Assembly (NCBI GenBank): GCA_907165135.1
Contig: OU015567.1
Span: forward strand, 3,286,001 to 3,350,000
DNA length: 64,000 nt
DNA from: Oikopleura dioica
Lineage: Eukaryota > Animalia > Chordata
Reading direction: 5' to 3'
In this document: piece after piece, positions 1 to 11,387 of the stretch
How the letters are laid out: every line of letters starts with the position of its first letter
How positions within the stretch are numbered: the first letter of the stretch is position 1
Position numbers and translations under genes: made by a program
The notes under the pieces: generated by a model
The model's database searches: none
The model's input: only the letters and a program-made list of their open reading frames with translations
What the model was told of the DNA's origin: nothing

Positions 1-680
1 CTCCTCCGATTGCTTCTGGAGGGTCACAGTAAGGAAGACAAAGAGTTTCCAAAAGATTTGATGGTTTTACTTTGAGCGTGCCGATGTTTGACATGCACGT
101 TGCTTTTGCTTTTCTGCCATAGTCGTGGCATCGAAGCTCGAATCGGGCGAGCTTGTGTGGCGGTCTTTTTCCGTGGCGCTTGAGAATGAAGGCACCCTAG
201 AATCAGCTTTTGGTGAGGACTCTTCCAATTTCTACGTTACCATTGGAAAGAGAGTTTCATCATAAAATGGCTTGCACTTGTCCTCCAAAACTTCAAAGCA
301 GCTTTGTTCTCCTTTAATTTTCGTCACTGTCTTTGGCTCTGGTCGGCATTGAACGAAAAACTCGGACTTTTTCCATTGGGCTTCATGTTCGATGTCGTCG
401 TCACAGTGCGCTGCGCACGAGATAGTATGATGAGGGACAGGAGAATCGAGAAAATCGCAACTGAATTCGCCGTTTTGGATCGGATTCGCGTAGAGAACGT
501 CTTGAACAGCTGATTTGCAAGCTTCGAACTAGGATTTAACGCTTTTAGCAACTGGGTTCCTTAATTTTCCAATATTCTCTTTGTCAATACCTGAGCAAAT
601 TGAGCTACTTCATCCATTCTTTCAAAGTCGATCTTCCATCCCGCCCAGATGGTGGCTAGAATAACTGCTAGAATCTTCAT
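1..680 (-). CDS. Secreted Cys-rich protein with sushi/CCP-like repeats (3' end runs off the window)
   Basis: ATG at 680 gives signal-like MKILAVILATIWAG. Two GT-AG introns join FEACKSAVQDVLYANPIQNGEFSCDF...CAAHCDD and GAFILKRH...CHDYG...CLPYCDPPEAIGG in frame. P-x-NG-x-F-x-C and CxPPxxIxG are sushi-like. Confidence 0.6.
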
Positions 681-1213
681 TTTGACTCAATATTGAAAAA
701 AGACGAAACTAGTCAATTGTCAAAATGAGAAAGATTAATTCTGAGGCTTAGCGGAACGTCTTCAAGATATTTATTTTACAATTCTCCACTTTTTAGTAGA
801 ATCATAAAACTCACGGCTTCACCTTTCGCCATTCCGCCTGAGCGTTGCAAAATATAACAACATAATCATCACCCGAAAAATGTGCTTTCTTGGGAAATTG
901 CTTTATTGCTCTGAGTTTCGTCACAAACCACTTTTATCTTGCCTGCTCAATCATCGTCTTTTCCTCCCGATACGGGTTTCACAACTTTATGAAAATCCCA
1001 AAAGGTTAACCCATCAATATCAGATACGAAAGAAACAAATTGGAAGTAAAATAATCATAAAAATTTATTAAAAATAGAAATTCGAATAACTATGAGGAGT
1101 AAACAGATTGAAGACCAGCTTGAAGACTTGTAAAAGAAGCGACAGCTGAGTGAAGATTTTGACTTGAATTCTGTCGCAGAACATTTGACGTTTCGTTTCG
1201 CTTTACTTCTTTC

Positions 1214-2065
1214 TTAAAATTTATTTGATAACTGAACTGGTTGATGTTTTCTTACGCTTGCTCTTGCTTTAAGAATATCATTGAAGATCAAGTCTAATCC
1301 CCTCTGCTTCGAAGCTCGTGGTTCCTCGAAGGAGTCCACGGAGGAGTGCTGGGACAAGTTTCCAGTCTGCGATGATTTTTCATCTTCCTTTAACATGTCT
1401 TCAAAGCTGTCAGATCTGTTTGAGCGCTGAGCGCGTATGGTCGAACAAGATGAGTTTCTTGAAGCCGTGGTCAATGATAAAAGAGACGTCTTCCCCGCTG
1501 CTCGTTTTGATTGGCGGCTTGTTCGGAGCGCTGATGTTCTCACTTCGCTTTTTATGGGTTAGAAATTGTCAAGGAAGAAAAATTAAAAAAGAAATCATTA
1601 AATTTAACCCTTCCTTTCATAATCTGATTCGAACTTGTCCATATTTTCTGCTTCTTCGTCGAATATTTCCGGGCATTTTTCTCGAATAAGTTGCATTGCT
1701 TTAGTTTGTCGTGAGGCTGATCCTCCAGCGAATAATTCTATTCCAGTTGCTGATGCAGCGAATTCTAAGTCTCCTTGCTCCGTTATACTGAAAAAATGCA
1801 ATCAAAAAAAAAATGGGAAAGGTACTTACGCGTTTAAATTTTTGTATCTGTTCTCGTCAAGCCCCTTTCGTTGGAGACTTCGTCTATTTACTGGCATTGA
1901 TTCTGATCCGACACTTGATCTCTTCTCTTCATCGGATAATCCCAATTTTTTCTTTCTCAAGCTAACTCGCTCTTTCTCTGATGCTATTGACTTCACTGGC
2001 CTTAAAAAATAAATCGTTTGCAGAAAAAAATGTACTTACTGGCAGCATTTGAGGAAAAAGACCAT
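1214..2065 (-). CDS. Hypothetical low-complexity, charged protein (4 exons)
   Basis: MVFFLKCCQ|RPVKSIASEKERVSL... splices to ORFs 1604-1801 and 1214-1543. The last junction needs a GA or GG donor. Confidence 0.5.
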
Positions 2066-2491
2066 CAGAAAAGCATTAAAATGCCTTTCTGTGATGTTAC
2101 TTCGGAAAATGGCATGATAATAATAATTCTAGCGATGATATTTTTAATTCCAGGAATTGATGGTTCTAGAGAATTTTCCTTGTCGTGAAAGCAAATTTTA
2201 CAATATTTTCAATAACAAGTCCACTTCTATGAATCATAGACTATGATTTTTTGTTCGTTCAAATCACACTTATTTGAAAAATTAACTATTTAAGCTTTTC
2301 CTTCCTTCTTCGATGGCAATTCTAAAGTAAAAATGGGTTGTTTTGATAGCTTTTTGGTGCTTTTTGTCTTTTGAACTTAAAAATTCATCCTTTTTCATCA
2401 AGCTGAATATATATAAGCTGAATACTGTGTATAAAATCAGTCGGGCACAAGTTTCTTAGCATATTTTTTGAAAAAAAAAATTGCTGAAAAA

Positions 2492-2834
2492 ATGAAGTTT
2501 TTCTTTTCTGTTTTTCTGTTAAGTTCCGTCACCTGCTATAACCCGATTCACGACGCATTGACTAATCGTTTCTCGCGAATCGACCAAGCACATCATGAAG
2601 GAGAAGATGTCCATAAGCGACAAACACGAAGCGACAGTCAAGGTTTCTTTTAGAATAAGTGACCTTGAAACAGAGTTCATTTAAGGCGCGATCCACGATG
2701 CATATTCTAAGCTTTTCTCTCAATTTGAAAAGAGAACTCCGACAGGTTTGAAACAAGACAAAATCTTTGATATGCATGAAAATTCAGTTGACGACGAGGT
2801 GATCGAACACCTTTTCGGCGACTATTTCGGTTGA
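2492..2834 (+). CDS. Small secreted neuropeptide-like precursor A (about 99 aa)
   Basis: Signal MKFFFSVFLLSSVTC; one 43-nt GT-AG intron (2643-2685); two KR sites; repeated IHDA motif; ends EHLFGDYFG-stop. Confidence 0.75.
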
Positions 2835-3078
2835 AGACTTTAACAAGCATTGTTGAAAACGACAGTTCGTGTTCACCAAGAAATTCTTTCCTTATCATTC
2901 TATGCAATAAATTCTTCATCTTGTACTCAAACTTATTGCATCCTTCTAAAAAGAGCATCAAACCAAATCTTAATTTTTAATCAACCACAGTAATTTGCCT
3001 CCAGCATTCAAAAATTAATACGAAACAAAATCTTATTCTATAAAACAACAGAGAAAGAACGAGAAATCAAGAGCAACG

Positions 3079-3270
3079 ATGAGAATTTTCTTTCCAATTC
3101 TAGCGCTCTCATACGCGGCCGAGTTCTCGAGTTTCGAAGAAAGAAGTGATCCTGGAATGCTCAGCAGGTTCGATGCAGCTCGGTTTTTTCCACGAGTGAT
3201 GCGTGGTGAATCAGGAAATGATCGCATTCTCGATCATCTTTTCGACGACTACTTTGGCTACAACAAGTGA
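3079..3270 (+). CDS. Small secreted neuropeptide-like precursor B (63 aa), paralog of A
   Basis: Signal MRIFFPILALSYA. FSSFEERSDPG resembles FSQFEKRTPTG of A, and ILDHLFDDYFG resembles VIEHLFGDYFG of A. Confidence 0.7.
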   Translation: MRIFFPILALSYAAEFSSFEERSDPGMLSRFDAARFFPRVMRGESGNDRILDHLFDDYFGYNK

Positions 3271-3642
3271 AAAATGTGATCAGTACTTATGAAAACGACG
3301 ATTCGATTTCAAGTGTATTTTCTTTATTCTTTTCTGCAATAAATTCTAAGAATCTTATTCAAGTTTTCATTTATCGAGAGCCTTAGAAAATTTTTTATCT
3401 TTCGATTGTTTAAAAATTGCTTATCTGGTCAATTATGATATTTTCGAAAATCGCAAGAATCGCCGGTCATTGCTGCTGATATTTGCTCGTCTCGTCGTCT
3501 ATGTTTGCATTCGAAAATTGCATTTGCATTGTAACTCAAGTCACAATCGCTTCGACGGCACCGGTAGCCGATAAAAACTAGCGCGGCTCGAGCGAGCGGG
3601 GAAAGAGAACAAAAAGGGGAGAAAGAGAGGAAAAGAGAAGGG

Positions 3643-6600
3643 ATGAAAATTTCCCCGCTGCTCTTCGGAGCGGCCATGGCCCGCAACAAAGGACCGGCTT
3701 CTAAAAGATTTTGTTCTTATCTAACCTTTCTTGGTTCGAGGATTTGAGGAACTATTTTCGGTCTAAAAAATTCAGCTCTATATTTTTCATCATAATCTGA
3801 AGGACACACATTTCGATTTTGTTAATAAACTTTTTTTATATTTTTGATCGTTAGCTTTTGTTGGAATAAATAATGACAAAAAATAATAAAAAATCTATCT
3901 TTTTCAACAAATTTTAATGAATTTGTTGACTTTCGGAGTAACTGGAAATTCTCCTGGGGAGAATCAAAAAGAATTGTTAAGCGAATTTCGGGTGAGTTGA
4001 GAAAATAATCCGCCCCTTTATAAATTTGCAAACGGCTCTATTTTATTTGTTTTAAACATAGAAGACGTATTTATCTACAATTTCGAAATACCAAAAGGTT
4101 GCGATAAATTTGTTTTAATTTATTACAAAAATGGGAAGTCTCTCATCTTATCAAACTAATACCGTAAATTCGTCTTCTTCGTCAAAGAGAAGACGATTTT
4201 AATAATATGCTTCAGTTTATTTTATCAAGAAATAAATATGATAAAAATCCTAGTAGACGGAAATTTATTAACAATTATGGCTTCTTCCAATACTTTTCAT
4301 AAAGAGCCGTCAACAGGTCCAATGTGGGAGTACGACGAAGAAGACCTCCCTCCCACCGGCAAAACAATCCGAATCAAGTCAGGAAGCTCCTTCGAAATCG
4401 ACTACCTCGCGCCATCTGAGGAGGAAGAATCCTTCATCTTTTTCGTTGACGCGGAAAACATCGATGTAAGTGCTTTTTAACAGGAGCCGGTAGTTTTTGT
4501 TTGCGAGAGTGTTAGTCATTTGGAAGTTTTCTTTTGACATTTGAGGGTGGGAGGTCGAATTTGGGCAAACATGTCAGAAGTCAACGTTCTATGTCAAATA
4601 TCAAGAATGGACCCGAAAAATGGGCGATTACAAATTTTCATAGCTCATCGAATTTTTTCGATTCACAGGATATTTCAGGCCGCCGCACATAAATTCAAAT
4701 CATCGGAAAATGTGCTCGTGGAAGCAATGTACAAAATCACACCTGATAGCTTTGGAACCCCCTTTGATGCCGAAATTGCAGAATCAGAAGCGTCAATTGA
4801 CCGAGAACAGGAGAAAATTAAGCTTTCAGATCATTCCGCCGGCTATTATATCAGGAATTGGTTTAAATTTCGAGGAACCATATCTGTTAATTCTAAAAAT
4901 AAGATAAAGATTTAAAAAATAATGAGATTATTCGATAGTCAATACTCAATTTTTGCTGCAATTGCACGAGCGTTTTTAACCAATCTGAGCGTTTTGAAGA
5001 ACAAAGAAACAAAAAAGATCAAGACTGATGACGTCGTCGACGTTCACGTGGTCGAGGGTTGTTCCATCAAAGCTTCTTGGGACCACGACATCGAATGGGA
5101 AAAGTTCGGCTGGCACGAGTCTGGCGGCAGTCTGTCTTTCAACCCTGTAGGAATGGTTTACAAAAAAACTCCTCGTTGTCTTCAATAGACTTTTCGCTTT
5201 TTCGTAACCCAAAAAGGCTTTAATGAAAACGACGTCTTCGCTCGTTGTGAGTTTCCATCTACTCCAGCTAGCAGTCTCCGCTGGAAAGACTCTGATGTTC
5301 AAGGTGCAAACTTGATCGAACGAACAGTGCCTTCTGGAAAGACTCATTTTGACTCGAGCTTCCTTGAATGTGAATTGTTGGACAGAGAGTATGATGAAGA
5401 TGAATGTTCTGTTGTCCAGGAATCGTTCTTGAATAGTTATATCAACTCTGAGCTCAAAGAGTAAACATCTTTTTTGCTCAGTCATTTTGAAAGATCTTGA
5501 ACTTTACGAAGACCAAGTCGCAAATTCTCATTCCGCCGATGAAGAGTCAATACACTGAGGACGTATTTGCTGATGATGCTCACAAAGTTTGGCACTATGT
5601 AAATATCTTTCTATTCATTCTTTAGCTACTTTTTTTTCTTTTTAGGTTGATTCAACCTCAGACTACCAAAAAGTCCACTTCACGTGCCCTCTTGACATCT
5701 ACGCGAAAAACGTGAGATTGGTCTCCTTTATCAATGGAAACCTGTATGAATCTGATGACTTCAAGCAAGTTTCAAATGCCCTTCCTGATGTTGCCGGTAA
5801 GTATTGGCGAGATATGTTAGTTTTACTGTCTTGTTGAAGAGGATTTGGAGCCAGAAACAGATGAGCTGATGGTATTTGAAACGACTCTCGATGGATATGA
5901 AATCACTTTGGATATGGCAGGAAGAGCTGATGGAGTCGCTGAATTCCGATGCAAATATTCAGATGGTACTTATTATTATGTAAAAATCTATCTTTTACAA
6001 TTGAAATTTAGAGAACGAAAAGAAAAAATAGTACTTTTCAATCAAACGAGAAATATATAATTCTTACCCCTATTACAATTAAGAGAGTTGTGGTTTTTTA
6101 CTTGATTTTCAGAAGACGATTTGATGGGCTATTCTCAGCCGCATGTTATTGTCAAATCCCCCGAGGCAAATCCAGACATCGCCACTCTCGAAGTCTCGGG
6201 TTCCTGGGGCTCTGGAATCGCCACCGAAAATCACGTGATTTCCGTCACTTCTGAACTTGTCAACATTGCTTCCTGCAGCCAAAATGCTCCCGGTTATCCA
6301 GCAGAATTGTCGATTAAATTCCACAAAGACGGTTCGTCTCAAAAGGCACTAAAATGGAATTAATTCTAAATTCAAGGACACGATTACTATACCCCTCTTC
6401 CTGGCGTCAACAAACATTCAATTTCTGTCAATCGAGATGTACCCGTCGACTTTGACCTGGTAATTCAATTTACTTTTCTTTGTCTGGAAAAAGATCAATC
6501 TTTTATCTTCAGACAACTGTATCCTGCGTCGTCTCATCTGGAAACGAGACGAAAGAAATCGAACTCGGTACGCTCAATGTCATGCATGAGCCCGAAAACG

Positions 6601-7278
6601 TCATGATTTTCCAAACGCCGGAGCAATTCAAATGTACTGCAGAGTACTCTCAATATGACACTGTCACTGCTTCTCTTGTGAGTACCCCTCTTTTTTATTG
6701 GTCTTGAAATGTCTGCTAGACCCTGAACAGAAACGTCAAACAACAAATGGAAAATGGCGAGGCAGTTTTCAATCGAAACAGTTTTACTGAAGAAGAACTT
6801 TCGAAGATTTACTCAACTGGGTAAAATCAACTCTTATTCCAGATTGGTAGTAATTTTTTATCTTAGTGCCAAATGTGTCGTCACGAGTGAAAATTTTGAA
6901 GGAAAATGGGAATCGGAAGTATTGAGCTACAATATTGATCCAGAAGGTAATTTTTAAAATACAAGCAAATGATTGGCTAAAAGACCCCATCCGGGCTTTT
7001 GATTGGCTCATTTTTTCCAGCTGTTTTACCGTTCAGAAATTTTTTGAACTTATCCCTATTCTGATTGAGCGAAAAACATTGCCGCTAAAATAATTTCAGT
7101 AATTGACACAATCAAAAACAACCCCTTGGGCTTCCTGGCCATGACTTTCTTTGCCGCCCTCGCCGTCATCGGAATCTGCGTCTACATGCCCAAAAACGAG
7201 CCCCCACAGTACAAACAGACCGCCACGGAAGTCGACGACGAAGATCCGCTTCACAACTCAAAATCTGAACTTGCATAG
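3643..7278 (+). CDS. Type-I membrane protein with multiple Ig-like domains
   Basis: Signal-like MKISPLLFGAAMA and many short exons with Ig-like motifs (ARCEFPSTPASSLRWKD, FTCPLDIY, VSCVVSSG, FKCTAEY, KCVVTSEN). TM PLGFLAMTFFAALAVIGICVYM is followed by a short tail ending KSELA-stop. The first exons are uncertain. Confidence 0.7.
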
Positions 7279-7948
7279 AACTTTTATTTATTGGACCACT
7301 CTCACTGTTTTTTTTTCTTTGATGCGTCAAGTTTTAAGCTGTTTTTGAAGAAGAAGATTTTCTCGGAGAATGAAAAATTTCTTGGGACAAGGGTTTTTCA
7401 TTAATGAAAGAAAATCTCTTTCATAAAAGAATGATAGTAATAAAAATGAAAAAAAAATATAAAAAATCAGTCTTTGCCATTCATTTTTCATCAAAAGAAA
7501 AAATCAAGACTCTCGATTCTTCGGGTACTTTTGACAGTTGTCTTCAGATATTTTTTGATTTATTTTTTAAATCTTTAGCTGTTAGCTGATGTGTCCAAGT
7601 TTTTCAACTCTGATGTATGATTACTTATTTATTTTGACCCTTATTTGAATTCATCTTTAATTTCGCATCCTCTTCTTTTTCGCATAATAACCCAAGTTCA
7701 ACAACGAATATGAGTTCGCGGACTGCGAGTCACCTAGTTTTGCTAATAAATTATACGATACGAATTTTCGCGTGATGAATTTCAGTTTCTATTTCAGTAT
7801 AAGATCATGGTGAGACAAATTTATTTTATTCATCTCTTCGTGAATCTTTAAAAACTCGCACAAGAGGACTAATTTGTATCTTTCATCTTAAAAAAACTGA
7901 CATTGAATGGTCGCTTAAATACAATTCAGAATAGTTGGTTTCATAGAG

Positions 7949-8321
7949 ATGAGGTTTTTTCTTCTTTTTGCATTATTTTCTAGCTTGGTTTTAGAAAATG
8001 AAGCTCATCAGGTAGAGAAATAAGATTTTCTTTCTCGTCGAATTCAACAGCTTTTATGGCATTTTTAAGATCACAAAACGCTACTGGTATCAACAAGCGA
8101 TGGACAACGCTGTGAAAATGACCGAAATGACACACAGTCTTTTCGACAACAATATAGAAGAAGATCCCGGTCAGAAAGAACTTCAAGTCAAACTGCTAAA
8201 CAAGTATTTTGACAAGCTTGTAAGATCACAGAAATAAATCAAAGCGCAGATTCGAAATTCGCGGATAATTGGCATCATTAAATACATTATCGTCTTTTTG
8301 GGTCGATCCAGGAGAATATAA
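7949..8321 (+). CDS. Signal-peptide ORF directly upstream of the GPCR (separate small protein or the GPCR N-terminus)
   Basis: MRFFLLFALFSSL..., followed by exon FYGIFKITKRYWYQQAMDNAVKM...KYFDKL. The splice path is ambiguous. Confidence 0.4.
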
Positions 8322-8331
8322 ATGAAAAAAA

Positions 8332-9991
8332 ATGGCGGAATCAGAATGTGAGATTCTAACTGACTTTTGGCCACCTAGAAGCGGCGAGAGAAAGTTCTAT
8401 GGAATGAGAGATTTCGGAGTGTTCTTGAATTCAAATTGTTCAATGACCGAAAGACAAGATTTCTGCAAGGAAGCCAGAGTTGGGTTGGACGATAAATGGG
8501 GTCATCTAGCGAAGAGGTACGAAGGTATATTAAATCATATCTGTACGACAGACATGTCAGAGCGAGACAATGATACAGGACGCTTTATTGACGGATTCAC
8601 ATGAAAAGTTCGAAAAAAAGAGAAAACAATCGAAATCTTTCATTATTACAGAAATGAAATTTCGAACTTCAATAAGCAGTTTCCTTCTGTAAATCAATTC
8701 TTATCAAACTCGATTTGCAAAACCATACCTCTTTACGGACTCCTCTGATCAACCAATATTCCGACTCTTGCAACACAAAATTGAGTATTGGTCTTGGTTC
8801 TTTGAGTTCCATCGGCTTCGTTCATGTTCTTCTTTCAATCGCGATTCTCGCCGTCTTATTGAAGAAAAAATCTTTCGACAAAAATTTGAACATTTTCAAA
8901 ATCTCCATTGGCTTGCTGCATTTGCTTCAATCTGCATTGTTGGTTCCGCTTTTGGTCCATTTCACCATCGCGCTTTCGAAGGACCAAACACTTTCAAACT
9001 CGAAGCTGCTAAAAGACGACTCGTTCAAGAGCTTCAGAGAAAAGGCATTTGAGAATTGGTGGAGTATCGGGAACATTCTGGCATTTGTGTCGATTTTTGG
9101 ACTGATCTCGAAGCTTTGGATTTTTTCTTTCTTGAGTTTGGACCGAATTTTGATCATCAAATATCCGCTGAAAACGAGAAGCAGGGAACGATTTTTGAGA
9201 ACGAGAGCATTTCTAGCGCTGTCTTTTTCTATTGCAGCTTTTGTTGGAGTCTTTGTAGGTTCTTTATCGCTACCGCATTTTCACGACTGCTTATCTAGCC
9301 ATGGTTCAACAAAAAATCAAACTACGACCTCGTCTCTGGATTGATGATCGCTGGAATTGGAGAAAACCTGGTGTATATCTATCTTTTCTCCATCGCCCTT
9401 CCTTTTTTATTCATCATTATTGCGAATTGCTGTATTCCGTTTATGTTCGCCACTCATCGACGATCGTCCAATTTGAGATCATCGAGAGACGAAACAGTTT
9501 CTATCGAACTTGAGCTTGCCAAAACGACCATCTTAGAGGTATGTTCATATTGTTTTGTTTTTCAAGCAATTTTAGTCTTTTGCTTTTGTTATTGGCCTTC
9601 TCCCGATGATTCTGGTCTTGGTTTTACTTACTGTTTATTATGATAATGTGACATCAAATGTGACTTACAGTCAATTCTCTCTGGAATTCAAGGATAGACT
9701 CAGACGGTTTGAAGAGATCGCCTCCTTCTTATTTTATCTCAATGGCATTTTTATACAGGAGAGGCTCTTTTTCATTCAGTGATAATAACATGTAAACTTC
9801 AATTTATCAATTTTTGAGCCCGAGAAAAGTTTGTGACGATTTTTCGAGGATCGAGCTTTCGAAAAGATTTCAAGGCAATTTTCGTCGAAAATCTCCAACG
9901 AAGAATTTCTACTGAACGGACTACGAGTCGAACTACGGCTACCTCTTTGTCTGATAGACAATTTTCAGACCTCAGAATGCAAGTAAAATAA
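8332..9991 (+). CDS. Divergent rhodopsin-class (class A) GPCR
   Basis: Seven hydrophobic segments after splicing; TM3 end SLDRILIIKYPL (DRY-like); TM5 IALPFLFIII; helix-8-like FRKDFKAIF; stop at 9989-9991. Confidence 0.8.
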
Positions 9992-10041
9992 AGAGCATTT
10001 GATCGATCTAAAACTTTTTTTTTTTGCAATTCGTGATATTT

Positions 10042-11140
10042 TTACATGAAATGGACGCTTGATTGCCATTTTCTGCCAGGAACATGAGCTGGAGATTGAT
10101 AAAAGGGATGAGTAGGGATCAAGGATTGGGATCTCTGGTCTCTAAAAGAATTGATTTTTTTCATGGAAAAATGGAGGTTACTTTCGCTGTTTATTTGAAT
10201 TGTTTCCTAAAACGTCGATTGATGTACTTCTGACATGAAGAGGTTCTCTTCTATGATTTCACAAAAGCGCTCATTTTCAATCAAAATGCAGTAGCGTGGA
10301 ATCGATTCCTGCTTGAAAAATTTGTCTTCTCAAAATCATCACCATAGGATGAAGTCCGCGTACTCATCATCGATTGTCGCCTAATTCGAACCTGATTAAA
10401 TTCTTCAACGACGCTTTGTCTCCTTAATTTTCATTCGGTTTTTCATTAATGATGAACTTCACCTTGTCTCTGCAGCTTTTTTCTCATTTCGTCGTCGAAA
10501 CTTATGGATATTGATCAGCTGACGCGTTTACTAAGTGACACCCTTACTTTGTATAGAATAAATCCAAGAAACAAAAGGACGAATAAAGCGCACATGTAGA
10601 TTATCCGCTTCTTGTGTCTAAATTGCAATTAAAAATTCATCGTAAGAAAGAAATAATCACCGAAGCGCTATTTTATGACGATTTGCATAAATTTCATCGT
10701 ATTTGCCATCGTGAAAAGATGTTTCTGATGTTGGCGAAACCCACTTAACGATGATTGAACTCTTTATAAAGCCTATCTTTTGATAACACCAGGGTCAATG
10801 TAAACAATCTTACCGGAACATCACTTCTTGTTTGTTTTGATTGAAGACACATCCTTTTTCATTCTTTTCTCCCTCTTCTTATACGGTCTAAGTTGTACCG
10901 TTTAGATTACCGTTTCTCTACTAGCTTCTGAAAAAATCCTGCCTTTCCAGTAAGATTGCTCGTTATGGGGCTAATGAGAACTGGTGAAGGGAGGAGATGA
11001 AGAAACGCGCTGTACAAAATGATTAACTGCCAGACGAGACACGCTCATTATACCAATACCACTCACTCTCCGCGGGCATCAAGGGCAGCGAACGTAATTT
11101 GCAACGCTGATTTCTCTTCTCGAAACCAATACGTCTGCAA
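10042..11140 (-). CDS. Hypothetical single-pass membrane protein (multi-exon, 5' end uncertain)
   Basis: Hand-spliced exons include KRIIYMCALFVLLFLGFILYK|FRRRNEKK (TM followed by positive charges), with GT donors; stop at 10042-10044. Confidence 0.4.
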
Positions 11141-11387
11141 ATAATTGATATACATATCAATTATAGATAGATTCGCTACACCGCTATTTCTGTCTATTGG
11201 ATTCAATAAAGCAGTAGTTCTCTTTATTTATCTTCCTGCATGCAATGCCAAGTTTAATTGCAAATACAATGAAACTTATTGAAATTTATTGTGCATTATA
11301 TAAATCTTGCCAAACTCAATCATAATTCTCGAGGAAATTTTATCTTAATATTTTCTTACCAGAGTCAAGAACGCCCTGCGGTGATTC

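Noticed and set aside
4976-5485. 169-aa minus-strand ORF
   Set aside because: It is the antisense shadow of Ig-domain exons on the plus strand and has no motifs of its own.
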